Origin: Eledone cirrhosa | Lineage: Eukaryota | Assembly (NCBI GenBank): GCA_964016885.1 | Contig: OZ024741.1 | Location: 293,632,001-293,696,000 of the forward strand | DNA length: 64,000 nt | Reading direction: 5' to 3' | Shown: positions 13,385 to 26,936 of the stretch, in pieces | How positions within the stretch are numbered: the stretch's first letter is position 1 | Layout: each line of letters begins with the position of its first letter | The notes under the pieces: generated by a model | What the model was told of the DNA's origin: nothing | Seen by the model: the letters and a program-made list of their open reading frames with translations, nothing else | Database searches by the model: none | Program-made: the position numbers and the translations under genes

Positions 13385-13819
13385 TTAAGTGTGTTATGTT
13401 GTTTTTCATGGACAGGAGATGACAAACTCAAGGACATCCACTGCTCTATACTTATCCAAAACATTCCAGGGCCTTCTTATTCCTGTTAAAGAAACTCCTC
13501 CCTGGTTGACCTCACTGACTTTCTGATTGGTTTTGTTCATGTCAGGGGTGTAGCTGTACTCACCACACTTGCTAATTGTGGGTTGGTAAGGTTATTTAAA
13601 CTCATAGATGGAGTGGATGGCCATTGACATTGAAGTCTTCATCTGCCCTTTTAACAGCTCTTGTTTTTTTATGCTGTTGGGGTTTCCCTTACCTTACTCA
13701 CCAGCCAAGAGTCTGGTGGTTGAGCCAGTTTAATCTCTGACCACTTGACCATGAAGCAGGTTGTACTGGGTTACATGGTACCAGGAGCAGACAGAAGCCT
13801 ACAACTATTCTACGACCAA

Positions 13820-14095
13820 GGTTTTGCACCCTAAAAGATTCCATCTGCAGCACAAGTCTGGACAAGGTGTGTTTGTGGAAGACTAGCAATCGCTCATGCA
13901 TACCAGTCTCCCCTTTCCATGTCACTGATGTTGTACAAGGGAAAGGCAATAGCTGATGCAACTTGGAACTAGAGATGTCACAATTCATTTCTACTGCTGA
14001 GTGAACTGAAGCAACGTAAAATAAAGTATCTTGCTCAAGGACAGAACACAATGCACCACCTCGTCTGGGATTCGAACTCACACAACTATAAAAGT
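13820..14095 (-). mobile_element. tRNA/CORE-like SINE, older family
   Basis: gagttcgaatcc B box and cttgagcaagatactttatttt core on the minus strand; related copies at 16655-16950 (+) and 41960-42220 (-). Confidence 0.7.
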
Positions 14096-15409
14096 GCATA
14101 AATATACATGCATGTAAAATATATATTCCAATGTTTAGAGATATGCTGTTGCATAAGTTTGCACATTTATGAATATATAAAAAAACTACAAAGAACTATA
14201 TAATGAAAATATAATGAAACATTTTGGATATATTTATAAGCATAGCTATAAATTTGTAAATATAAATATATATAAGAATATTATGTAACAATGTAAACAT
14301 ATATAAATGTAACCATAATACTACATAAAAGCAAATGTCTATAAATACACTCAAATAATCATAAAAATATATAAATATAACTAATAATGTAATGCTTGCA
14401 AGCAAGGAAAAGCGGACGTAAAATAATGATGATGATGATATAAAATGAAATAAAAGAATTATACATTGAGAACAATAGGGAATGAGGAAATCATAATCAT
14501 ATGTGTATGTAGTCACATTATTATATATTTATATATATATGTGTGTGTATCTAATTATAAACCTAAGTATATTGTGATGCTTAAATATAAATAAAAAGAT
14601 TGAGGAAGGAAGTACAGGTGTATATAAAGATTATAAGAATGCAACTATGAATAATATGTGAATGTAGAAAACTATAAGCGCACAAGATGAAGGGAAAAAC
14701 ATTGTCAGAAAACGAACTTGAGTTCAGAAAATAACGATAATAACCATTGTTGGGTCATGCCAGTCAATAAAGTACAATAATGAAGATAGTTGTAAACTTT
14801 ACAATATAAATAAAATAAGGTTAGAGAAGTAGAAAATGTAGGGTGTAGATTTTGAATTGAAAAAAAACTTTCTCCTCGTCATCATTGTTTTTACGTTTGC
14901 TTTTCCAGGCTTTTGGGTTGGACAGGTCCTTTTCAGTATGACTTCATTCTAGTCAATGGTATACTTTGTGATCTCCTCTGTGAGTCTCAGTGATTTGAGG
15001 TCAGCTTTTTTTATCTACTTCTACAGCATTTCATTCCAATGGCATTTCCTGGTACTTCTTCATCCAACAATCATTGTTCATGCACATCACATGTCCACAT
15101 CAACGTAGTCTTCTCTCCTGCACACCACCTCAGATTCGTCTTAAACCCAGCTTCTCATTATAATATAAATACATGTGAGTTCAAGTAGTAAAGGAGAAAG
15201 AGGAATTAAACGACAAAATCCCAAATTTCATTCACTTTTAAGTGGAGTGGAGCACATCAAATTGGACCAAGGAAACAATGTTTCCATTGGTATTTCCATT
15301 GCTGATACTACCTATCGGTTGCAACTCCTGGCAGAAAGAACATGAAAAAGTGCCTTGCTCAAGGATATAATGCATTTCCTAATTCATGCCTTCACTAAAG
15401 AGAGATAAT

Positions 15410-15518
15410 TGTTTCTACTTTAGGCACTAGGCCAGTAATTACCCAGTGCATTACTGGTACTTTATTTTATCGACCCCGTAAGGATGAAAGGCAAAGTCAA
15501 CCTCGGCGGGATTTGAAC
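15410..15518 (-). mobile_element. 5'-truncated SINE B with 18-bp TSD
   Basis: tcactaaagagagataat at 15392-15409 and 15519-15536. Confidence 0.85.
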
Positions 15519-15929
15519 TCACTAAAGAGAGATAATAGAACTAAAGTACCTAAATAGAAAATTCTTATGCCCATGAATAATTGTGTTTATGAGTGGAGCA
15601 CAATAAAGCTAGAATGAATATAGGTTAAACAAGTCAAAGAATGTGTGAAATCTACACTAATATATTGGGCTATGTTGTACGTTTAAAATACCTGAAAGAG
15701 TAAATATTTCATGTGGGCAAGAGGAAATACATTCTGAGTATTTGTTGAAGTTGTAAAATTTAACAAAAAGGATTTAAAAATTTTCTGTTAAACAAAGGTT
15801 GCAAATTCTTTTGTTTTTGCTGTATGACTTGTGGGAGAAGGATCCTGGATAAAGTGGAGGGTTTTATTTGAAAGCTACATCATTTCTATATCTTTTTTTT
15901 ATATATTGTTTTTATTAGTGTCAAACTGT

Positions 15930-16460
15930 GAAAGCCAGCAAGAGTTATTAGTTGACATAAAGTGCCACACATTGGCCTGGGATGCAATCAACAAGTTATC
16001 TCTAGTGTGAAAATTCAGACTTTCAGACAACATAAACAGAACTGTTACCTCTGTTCTATTGTAGGGCTGCTCACCATGAACCTTTACCTGAAAACTGGAA
16101 TGAATATTAAATGGAGCCTATGTGCATGTTAAGAGTGGCTTTGAATGTTACTTGGAGAGATCGTCTGACCAATGAGTGACTGTATGGGAATCTTTGTCCA
16201 GTATCAGATCTCATCAAAGAGCATAGAGTCAGATTTGCAAGGCATTGCCAATGAGCTAAAAACAAAATTGTTAGTGAAGTTCTTTTGTTGGAGCCTATGC
16301 AAGGGAGTGCTAAAAGAGGATGACAAGCCAAGATCTATATCAAGCAGATTTCTGATGACATAGAGTGCAATCCTTCTGACCTACTGAATATGATGAACAA
16401 TAGAGCTGGATAGCAACAAAGAGTCAAAGGAATATATGCAAGAAGTGCAATCTACTGATT
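15930..16460 (+). pseudogene. Decayed LINE (RTE-like) ORF C-terminus, different family
   Basis: Interrupted translation LAWDAINKL..., MLRVALNVTWRDRLTNE.LYGNL, RVRFARHC. Confidence 0.6.
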
Positions 16461-17094
16461 GATTGAATGGATTTGAACCCAGAGCCATATGACTACAAAG
16501 TGAGCTTTTTAATTACACTGTCCGATATACCTGAGTGTGTGCATGAATGAATTACTGGAGAGAATTCCAGCTAGCCACATGGATAGGTTTCTATGTTCAC
16601 ACTTTAAACTGAAAGTGGTTTATATTGTCAATAATCATTATAAGACATTGCGCAGGGCTTAGTGGATACAGTGTTGGACTTGCAATCATGAGGTTATGAG
16701 TTTGATTCATGGAATGGGTGATGTGCTGTGTCCTTGAGCAAGACACTTCATTTCATGTTGCTTTAGTTTATTCAGCTGTAGAAATGAGTTGCTACATCAG
16801 TGGCGTCAGGTTGTATTGGCTTTCCCTTTGACAACATCAATGGTGTGGAAAGGGGAAACTGGTGTGCATGGGTGACTGCTGGTTTTCCACAAACAACCTT
16901 ATCCAGACATTGTGCTTTGGAGGAAAAATTTCCCATGGTTATTTGTGACTGGAGGTTGTTTTTTTTATTATAATACAGCAAATTACTAGCGTCATTAGAT
17001 TCTCATTTTTAATGGATTGCAGAATATATTCCAACTCTCTCGGTTCAGATTTCAAAACTTGCCAAAATCAATTTTGTTTTTCATTCTTTTCAGT

Positions 17095-17425
17095 TTAAAG
17101 CACCCAGCCCACACTGTAAAGTGCTCATGTAGGTGTCATAATAAAAAGCACCCAGCTCACATAGTAAAGTGGTTATGCAGGTGTCATGACAAAAAGCACT
17201 CAGCCCATGCTGTAAGGTGGTCATGGAGGAGTCACAACAAAAAGTACCGAGCACACACTCTAAATGTAGTTAGCATTAGGAAAAGCATCCAGCCGTAGAA
17301 ACCTAGCCAGAAACAGTTCTATATGAGCAACACGCGGTCACCTGACCCAATTTGTCTCTAATGAGACAACCCTTATAACTCATGCTAGTATGGAAAATGG
17401 ACGTCAAGCGATGATAATGATGATG
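17095..17425 (+). mobile_element. RTE 3' UTR with expanded ~45-bp tandem unit
   Basis: aaagcacccagcccacactgtaaagtg x4, followed by the standard tail and (GAT)n. Confidence 0.7.
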
Positions 17426-17932
17426 TTTGAAATAGTCTTCCAGATTCCTGCAAATAAGTATAACAAGGTGAGAGAGCTTATCACTATAGGAATTGTGCAT
17501 TTCAGTATAAATTTAGTCTTCCTTCATGATGGCTTCAATACTTCCATCATTATTGTCAGGATCTGAACTATAAACTTTCTGTTGACTATTTTCGACCAGA
17601 TATCCAACTGATGACCCTAACACTTCATATACACACACACTCTACCCATACACACACACACACACACCTTACACACTTCACATACTTGCCCACACAGGCA
17701 GCTGTTTAAGCTAACCTTTGTATGAACATTATTTGTTCTGTTCTTTCCATTAACCAATATATCTATATAGTAAAATATACAGGAAAGCTTTCTAACCTCT
17801 AATAAAACATCTAACCAAAAAAGTAAGGATAAATAAAATATACAATAAATATAAAGATAAAAAGAATAGAATTTCTAGAACATATTTGGAGATAGTTTTG
17901 GAGAAATAAACCAGAGTATTTCTCATTCTGTT

Positions 17933-17972
<40 letters not shown>

Positions 17973-18816
17973 AGGTGGTAATGACTTTAAAGTTTCACCC
18001 TCTTTACTGCATATTTCTCTCTCTCTCTCACACACACTTTCCATATCTCCTCCATTCCCTCTTTCTCTCTCTCCTGTCTTTTTCTTTCTCTCTCTTGAAC
18101 TATTATATAAAATCACAAATGGTATTGAGGACTGTAAAAGAATTGTGTGTATGTTTTATTGGTCTGCAAAGCTATTAAATCAAACTGAAGCACTGACCAT
18201 TTACCATAGTTGTTTAGAACCAAAAGATAAAGAACACAATTATTGGAACTAATCTTTGGTATACATTGAATTCCCCATAGAAAATTGAAGAAATCGCTTT
18301 AACAAGAAAATACCAAAGTGCAGACATAGCACAGATTTTTAGAAAAAAGATTTTACTAGTTTTTACTATTTCCGGCTATTCAGCTGTGGCCAAGCTGGAA
18401 CATTTTATAAATAAATAGCCGAAAGGGAATTTTGCTAACATCAATAATAGTATAAGTAGTAGTTTGTGAGTTTGGATGCCATGGGAAGAGCAGTGTTTTA
18501 AAGCCTTTTTACCCCCTGCTAAAATAGAGATCATTGAAAGGCTTCTTGCTCACTATGGAGTCCTTTTTGAAGCAATGTTTCACAGCCAAATGCTTTTTAT
18601 ACTACTATACCTTTTAGTTACTTCATATAACATACACAAACATGGAGCACTTATTTCAAACCAGTTACACACAGCAGAAGAGAAGAGTGATAAAATGTTT
18701 TGGAGTTTCATATGCATGCATTCATGTGCACGCTTTTTTGTGGTGTATATGTTGCTAAGAGATATCACAGCTGTTCTGTCTTTGTTTTTCACTTCTTTTT
18801 CTATCCTTTCTATATA

Positions 18817-19180
18817 CACAGAACATCTCCAAAAATGTATACACACTTTAAATGATAATAAAACCAATGTTTATATAGAATATCAAAGTTTCTACTTTTC
18901 AAGACAAAGTAGACAAGCTTATTTTCTTTTGAGTTATCACAGGTGTTCAAAATAATGACCACTGCTGATAAATGATGGGTGGAATTGATGAGTGTGAATC
19001 ATTTCATTTGGTATTTGGGTGCAATCCCTTTCAATCACAGGAATCACTCACAAAATTCTACTCTTTGGTCAATATCATCTTCATTGAGGGCAAGGAGTAG
19101 TGTTGGAATGTATATACAAACATCGTTTTTATCATCATTCAAACTGTGTATTCATTTTTTAGGGGGGGGGGGGGACTCTG
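18817..19180. mobile_element. Tc1/mariner-like MITE with ~60-bp imperfect TIRs
   Basis: aaaaatgtatacacactttaaatgataataaaaccaatgttt versus aaacatcgttttatcatcattcaaactgtgtattcatttttt; TA flanks. Confidence 0.6.
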
Positions 19181-21424
19181 TATATTCACTGATAAAAATA
19201 TATGGTTATGTAATTGTACTGATATATAGTTGGTTGACACTTCTCAATGTCTGCATTTTCTAAAGCTACAATGTTACTGTGGTTGGTGTTAACAAAAAGA
19301 TCAGTTGTCCAGCCAACATCACAACTTTGTTCTTGAATGCCATGAGTGGAGTTCACTCTGTTTCAATAATTCAAGTTAGCCCTGTAATTTAGGTTTAAAT
19401 TCCCCCCTTTCTGCATCCCTCCAGTCACAGAGGCTCTGAAAAATAAATAAAAGCTGATAACTGCTGACATTCTCTCTTTGATTAAATAGTAAAAAAAGAC
19501 CTCACCAACTTATCTTTGGATGCCTCAAGTAGAGTCTACTCTGTTGAATGAATTTCAGGATACCATTCTACTATTCTCCCTTATCTTTACTTTGAGAATA
19601 ATGTTTTCCCTTGTTTTTCATTAACCTTGTAAGCCTTGCCCTTCTGTTTCTTACTTTCTTGAATAAATAAGCATATAAATATATAAATGAATAAAATCAA
19701 ATTTGATGCAAGCAAGAAATTTGAAATTGTGATTTATGAATTTGTGGTCCCAGTCTGTAACCAATTGGCCATTTTGCCACAACAAGCAACTATCTATCTA
19801 TTGGGGAAGAAGGTGAATTAATGTTACATTTAAGAGGATTTCTCTAGAGCCAGGTCGGCGTCTAAGCATCAAATTAAATTCATTTTGCTAAGTCATTGAT
19901 CCAAAATAACCAACTTATATTGTTCTAAGCTGTAATATTTCAATGAAGGGGAAGTTGTAACTCTTTACAAACAAACATGTCTTTATTAATGCCTGTATAA
20001 TAAACATGTATATGTGTGAATATGTGTGTATGAGTGTATGTATGTATGGGTTAGTGAATTTGTGTATGTATGTGTGTTAGTGAATGTATGTGTACATATG
20101 TGTTAGTGAATGTGTGTGGATGTGTGTGGATGTGTATGTATGAGTGTATATGAGTGAATGTATGTGTCTATATGTGTATGTTTGAATATATGTCTGTGTG
20201 TGTGCACATGTATGTGTGGATATGTGAATGGGTTAGAGAAAGAAAGGGAAAGAAATATTGAATTTGTGTGTGTATGGTGTGTTTGTTGTAGTACTTTTTT
20301 ATGTCTTAATTTAAAAATCTGACTTGATGCATTAAATATTTTAAGAATTGACATGTGGAGTTTTTTAAAATATCTTTTTTAATCAGAGACAAAATGAAAA
20401 TGGAAAAAAAATTAGAGCCTCAAGGAATAAGAAATTCTTCAATCAAATGAATTTTTATTTCATTATTTTGATCATTTTTTTAATCTTATATGATTTTAAA
20501 AATAAAATCTTAGAAATTTTTATCCATCTCTCAATCATGAAGTGAACTTTTGCCCATTAGAATCTGCAAGGACTCTGCTACTCTCTCCCCCTCAGTCTCT
20601 CTGTCTCCCTCAAAATCTCTCCCTCTTGCTCTCACTCTCACTCATACAGTTCTAAATATTCATTTCTTGCAGAGCTTAAACTAAAACTTTTCAATATCTC
20701 AAGAATATAAAATTCCCTTCATTGAACTCTTCAGGCTTTTATGAAAGTCCTAACACTACTCTCTACTCATCGCTCGTTAATTATAAGCCTGATTTAACGT
20801 TCAATGGAATTTTCATTGAAATATTTATTACGTAATCATAAAAAGATATTGATCTCTTTATTTATGCAATATCCACCTGACTGATCTTAGAAATTAGATT
20901 ATAATATTTCACTAGTGAGATAATATATTTCTGTAAATCCATCTGTTTTGCTCCTTATATTTCCCAACCTTACCCGCATTAATGCGTTTTAAATATTTAA
21001 AATGGATTGTGTATGCTGGCATTCACTAAATATTCTTATCAACTTCATACTGCCGTTAAGGGATATTGAACTGAGAATAAGTGATTTCCTCTTGTCTAAG
21101 ATGCCATTTATTCAGTTGTTTCACGCCATCAAATCAGTTTGGTATTGTGCCAGAAATTTTAATCAACAGGTGTTATATTTATTGTGTTGGAAGAAATACC
21201 TTTGTTGATCAGTTTCTTCTAGTTTGGTTTCGGAAAGCTGCAGCTGGCTGAGTTGTTAGGGTATTCTCAGTCCATCAGCCCCCAAAGGGTTATTGTTTTC
21301 TATCTCCAGCTCTAAATCTCACTCACACAGCTTGTGTCCTTGGCCAAGAGAATTAATGTATAAATGGTGTGGGTTTTTTTTTTTATTTCTGAGATGAATA
21401 ATTATTATAACTATATAATTTATT

Positions 21425-21497
<73 letters not shown>

Positions 21498-21501
<4 letters not shown>

Positions 21502-21620
21502 TATAGAAATGGATTCTACAGGACTAGAACTGTTTCATTCGAAGGAAATCACCAGGAAAGGCCTGATGATTTTCTTTGAATGAAACAGTTTTAGCCATGT
21601 AGAAGCCATTTCTATATTAA
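21498..21620. ncRNA. Fold-back element carrying hammerhead-like cores on both strands
   Basis: ~60-bp inverted arms; CTGATGA(21563)..GAAAC..GTA on +, CTGGTGA..GAAACag..ctGTA on -. Confidence 0.55.
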
Positions 21621-21899
21621 ATATTTATACTCTGCTATATATTGAGTACCTTACTTACTGTGGTTACCCCCAATTGAACCCAGGATACACAAACACACAC
21701 ACACTCACACAATGCACCAAGTGTATGTAATATAATATAATATATATATATATATATATTGCAGAATGTAAAGTACTTATACATGGTTGTTACACAGTAA
21801 CTTCATGAGGATAAGCCAGTTCAAGCAGTCCAAAACCATTTCACGTCAGTAGTTTATCCCAGCTAAAAGATGGAGATTAGGTGTGATGGAGTATTTATT

Positions 21900-22230
21900 T
21901 ATCAAATTAAAAGTAGTTAAGATGGGGGGTTACTTCACCATAATTGCTTTATTGCATGATATATATTTCTGGTACATGGTTATGCATGTGACTTCATCAG
22001 ATGCTCATACAATCATAAGTGTAGTTATATAATCATGGGGATATGTCTGCTGGTATCACAACTGGATAGTAATATATGACCAACGACATATCTTCATGTT
22101 TACATAACTACACTTATGATTGTATGAGCATCTGATGAAATCACATGCATAACCTTGTAACAGAAATATATATCATGCAATAAGGCAATTATGGTGTAGT
22201 AGCTCCGTCATAACTACAATTAATTTGATA
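21900..22230. ncRNA. Long fold-back with two minimal type-I hammerhead-like motifs (- 21954-22004, + 22128-22178)
   Basis: gcat-CTGATGA-stem II-GAAA-tatata-TC-atgc in both arms; ~150-bp arms. Confidence 0.65.
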
Positions 22231-22241
22231 TATATACATAC

Positions 22242-22330
<89 letters not shown>

Positions 22331-22639
22331 TATATACACACACACACAAACATACAGAGAGCGGGATAGAGTAACACATGAATTGAGCTCATCTACCAGT
22401 TAAAGTACCAGTAATGCACTGGGTAATTGCTGGCCTTGTGCCTAAAGTAGAAACAATTATTTATATTTATTTCAAAACTATCATAATTTTATGTAAAAAC
22501 CATTAAGTTATGTTCTGAACTACAGATAGAAAATAGTAAAGTTATATTTCAAAATATGTCAAAATTCTTATTTTCAAAATCATTAGAAATGTTGTAATGA
22601 AAGGGTTAACAAATTTTGAACTTAACTCATGGGCATCCA

Positions 22640-23000
22640 TGTTACCTCTGTTGACCCTCACCCTCATGGGTCCATGGAAGCCCTTGTTGGAAATCGCTAC
22701 CCTTCTCCCACTCTTCATGAGAGAGTCATGGGGGCAGAGACCTAAAACACTCCTTCCAGCAGGACCCCGTTTGAAGCAACTGACTCCAATTGATTTGGCT
22801 GGATCCCCAAGTGACACCAGCTGAGCTCATGGATGCTATCCAGCTATCTTATTTGGTGTCTACCCACCGGGTCTCCTGCCAGTTGGTTTCACCCATATAA
22901 TCTCTCCATCAATTCTTTCCTGAGACATCCTAATCTCATGCCCATAATATTGGAGCTGTGACCTCTCAATTCTAAGTGTAGGATCAGTTTCTGCCCTTGC
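22640..23000 (-). mobile_element. LINE 3' end fragment; relatives at 27780-28200 (-) and 43350-43565 (+)
   Basis: Shared aaacactccttccagcagg, gctgga.cccaagtga and gggtctcctgc blocks. Confidence 0.55.
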
Positions 23001-23639
23001 ATCTAAAAAAAAATGTATTGAATGAAAGGTAAGATAATTATGTCAAGAAGATTTTTTGATTGGCTGAGCCTTCTCTGAGCTTGAAGCTAAACAATCATAA
23101 TGTTAACATATGTTTTTAATGGTTCCAGTGGCCACACTGGAGCACCACCTTGAAAGAATTTAGCTGATCAAATCAACTCCTGTAATTATTTTATCGATTT
23201 ATTTTTGTTGAACTGCTATGTTAAGTGACATAAACAAACAGTCATGGGCATGAATGCACACATACACACACACATATAGACATATATAGGATAAAATTCC
23301 ATACAATTTCATTCACATGGCATTCATGGACTTGGGTCTATAGTAGAAAACACATGCCCAAGGTGTCCCACAGTGGGACTGAACTTGAAACTATATGGTT
23401 GTGAAGTGAACTTTTTAACCACTCAACAATGTCTGCCCATACTGTATAGAAGTATTTTTGTCTTCTACCAGAAAATTTAGAAATAGATCTCTATCAGTTT
23501 CGATGTGTGTTCTGGTCGTTAATGCAAGTTACTGAGCATTCAGCCACTGTGATTACTTTGGGCCATATTTAGACCTTTGGGGCCTGGGGCAGTTTATGCC
23601 CCTCATATAACAGCAAACACTTTAAGGGCCATTTTCTAA

Positions 23640-23830
23640 CTCTGTGGATTGGCAGTATCGGTATAGAGTCGGAAGCCATGCTCTACAGCAAAGAATTACG
23701 ACTCTTTATGTTCTGAGTTCAAATCCCGCCGAGGTTAATTTGCCTTTCATCCTTACGAGGTCCATAAAATAAATTACCAGTAATGTACTGGGATAATTTC
23801 TGGCCTCGTGCCAAAAATAGAAACAATTAT
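23640..23830 (+). mobile_element. SINE family B
   Basis: Head, B box, core and tail as in other copies. Confidence 0.85.
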
Positions 23831-24394
23831 TAAAAGATAGCAGCGGCCTGTTTGAAAATGAGCCCTGTTTGGAAAGGACAAGGAGGGCCTTGTTCCTAGA
23901 GTGGAACATATTTGACATAGGGTTCATTGGGCTTTATTTCTATCTGCCCCTTAGTAATACAAGCCCTGTATGTATCCTTAATTGAAGACTGAAAGAGATT
24001 CAGTATGACACTGTGAGACGAGGCTGGCCTTTTGAATTACAGCTACAGTTCATCTGATGGGCTTCCAAGCAGCTTCTGTTTACCCAGTTTCATTCACGAG
24101 GAATGATTTAACCTGAGACCATGGCAAATAACACTCACTTGAGATGCAATGTTGTAGGATCAAACCAAGGACATAATTGTTGTGAAGCCAATTGCTTAAT
24201 CATTCAGCCATGCTATTTCTCCACCCTGCAACTATAGAAACCAGCCAAATACTTGAAAACTTACTAAAAGTTTCATTAACCAAGTTTTCTTTAGATAAAT
24301 AACGTTCTGTCATACATGATGATAACTTAATTATTAATTAAATTGAGTTTTCTGTTAGCATTTTAGCATTGGATAACCCATTCAACCTCTCTTG

Positions 24395-24405
24395 CTCTCT
24401 CTCTC

Positions 24406-24477
<72 letters not shown>

Positions 24478-24507
24478 TGTGTATGTATATGTATATATAT
24501 ATATATG

Positions 24508-24569
<62 letters not shown>

Positions 24570-24648
24570 AATAACATTAAGAAAGATGCTGATGTTACAT
24601 AAATCGTTTATGTATATAAATATATACATATATATATATTTGTATGAA

Positions 24649-24697
<49 letters not shown>

Positions 24698-24925
24698 GTA
24701 TCTTTGTATGTATGTACATATGTATACATATTTGTATGTGTATATATATATATATATTTGCATGTATGTATTTATATTTGTATGTATATATATATACATA
24801 TGTATTTGTATGTATATATATATATACATATGTATTTGTATGTATATATATATATATTTATATATAATTGTATGTATATATATATATATATATGTAGCAT
24901 ATATATCTGTGTGTGTGTTTGTATG
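24395..24925. repeat. Compound (TA)n/(TG)n microsatellite
   Basis: Direct; similar tracts at 37440-37780, 45055-45560, 49530-49840, 55555-55767, 56350-56540 and 56785-56930. Confidence 0.95.
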
Positions 24926-25546
24926 TATCCTGCCTCCTCTCTCACTGTCTCCATCTGTATTAAGTCAACACATCCTTCAGTCATGTTTTCTTAAATTAGA
25001 TTTCAGTTACTTTTCTTTCTATGGAACTTGTCTAAAATGTCTAAAATATCCCTTATCTTGAAATATATATAACTTTCTTACAGTCACCATCAGAATTACA
25101 ATTATTATTGTTATTATCTATCCCTTATTATTGAGGAACTCTTCCTAGTTGACTTTTGTTATTGTTTTTAAGAGTATTTATTACAATTACTGTTATTGTT
25201 ATACCTATTTTTTTCCTTTTGCTGATCTCTTATTGTAATTTACTTATGTGAACCACATTCTATGTTGTTTTTTTTCCCTTGAATTGTCCACTTCACAATG
25301 TCTTTGGCATTTCTGGCCAATAAAATAGTTTATTGTTGTTAATATTATTATTATTTGTAGTATTAGTAGAACTAGTACCATTAAGGGCAGTGGATTGGCA
25401 GTATCGAAGGAGCATTGAACAACTTTTTATGGGATATAATTACAGCTTTTGTGTTCTGAGTTCAAATCCTGCTGAGATTAGCTTTGCCTTTCCTTCTTAC
25501 AGGGTCGATAAAATAAAGTACCATTAACACAGTGGAGTTGATTTAA

Positions 25547-25774
25547 CCCTTTTGTGACTGCATTTCCTATGAAATACACTTTATTTCAATTAATTAAGCA
25601 TTTTGAGGGATTTAGTAAAATTATTAATTATTTCATTACTAAGATAGTAACTTAATGTAAGGTTTTTATATAATATTATGTTGGAAGATTTTGATTTAAA
25701 TTGGAAACCTTTCAAATGGGTAGTTTTATTTCATAGAATCAGAGCCGGATTTGGTTCGGTAGGTATCAAAAGAG
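25547..25774. mobile_element. piggyBac-like MITE inserted into a SINE B (25383-25837) with TTAA TSD
   Basis: SINE sequence interrupted as gttgat-ttaa|cccttt...aaagag|ttaa-ccaattttcccc. Confidence 0.75.
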
Positions 25775-25837
25775 TTAACCAATTTTCCCCTCCCCCCAAA
25801 TTGTTGACCTTGTGCCTAAATCAAAAACCATTATTAT

Positions 25838-26255
25838 TCAGTCGTGTTATTTTTATTGTGAGTGTTGACTACCAAGCCCAACTGTGTGTACCATGATTAT
25901 GTACTGTGTTATGGCTTTGTATTTTTGCTATTATATTGAAAGTACTCTTCATAATATGGGTGAAGTGCCTAACTATTTTCTGTATGTTGTATATATGAGT
26001 AATTCATGGAGTTTTGGTAATGTACCTGCCTGTGTGTTTGTTTATCATTGCCAGAACTCTTATCATTACAGGCATCGTTTCTGTCTTCTTCATTCACATT
26101 TGGTTATCTCTATTTCCAGATCTTTTTATCTGGATAATTTCTTAATTTCTGTTAGCAACAAATTATCATCTATTGAAACTAATACTTTGATCAGGAGGCA
26201 TTTCCTTCCTTGGTAGTACTTGACAACAACATCTGGTCAAATAGCATTTCTCTCT
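25838..26255 (-). pseudogene. R4/Dong-type non-LTR element C-terminus (restriction-like endonuclease), decayed
   Basis: Translation *PDVVVK..GRKCLLIKV..SIDDN...EIKKLSR*KDLEIEITK...KTETMPV...NIQKI...LGT..IL.RVLSI* fits the RPD..D..E..K..KY REL pattern; (TAA)n at the 3' flank. Confidence 0.75.
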
Positions 26256-26554
26256 CTAACTGTGTGTATTGCCATATCATAGATTTGGTGTTTTAATATT
26301 CTCTGAGATCTTATAATTATTTCGATTTGCAGAATCATTAGTGTGTCAGACAAAATATCTTGAAATATTTAATTACTTGGTTTTATGTTATGAGTTCAAA
26401 CCCTGCGAAATTCAAAATTGCCTTTCATCCTTTCAGGCTTGATAAAGTAATGTACCAGTCATGTACTGTTTTCTATTTAATATTCTATTTAATAGACAAC
26501 CCCTCACTCACCAAAATTCTGACTTTCAGTGTCTGTTAAAAACAATTAAGATCA

Positions 26555-26936
26555 CTAGCAGAAAAACCACCCTTCGGGTGGTTTTCTGCTGGCATGTGTA
26601 GTATGTATATTGATATTATACGCAAGTATATATACATGTAGATATGATACGTCAAATAAAATCGCCACCGGAAGTGTTGACATCACACACTCTCTCTTTC
26701 TATATATATGGTAGTTGAAGTGGTGGTGGCAATGATATACCGGAAGTCCAACTTTGAAAATAAGCTAATTTTAAATTATTTATTTTCATGAAATTAATTT
26801 TGTTTACGAAATTTAATAGATAAATTATGTAATATTCATTCATTATTTATTCAAAGTAATCCAACTTATCTTACTAACGGGATAAAAAAAATAAACCGTA
26901 CGCAGTCCCGCAGACCTTCCTATATTATAGTTTAGA
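26555..26936 (-). mobile_element. Internally deleted non-autonomous Helitron
   Basis: Same TC 5' end and hairpin-CTAG 3' end as 4205-5386; sits between A and T. Confidence 0.8.

Noticed and set aside
18476-18955. 159-aa ORF as a host gene
   Set aside because: No recognisable motif, and its 3' part runs into a MITE inverted repeat
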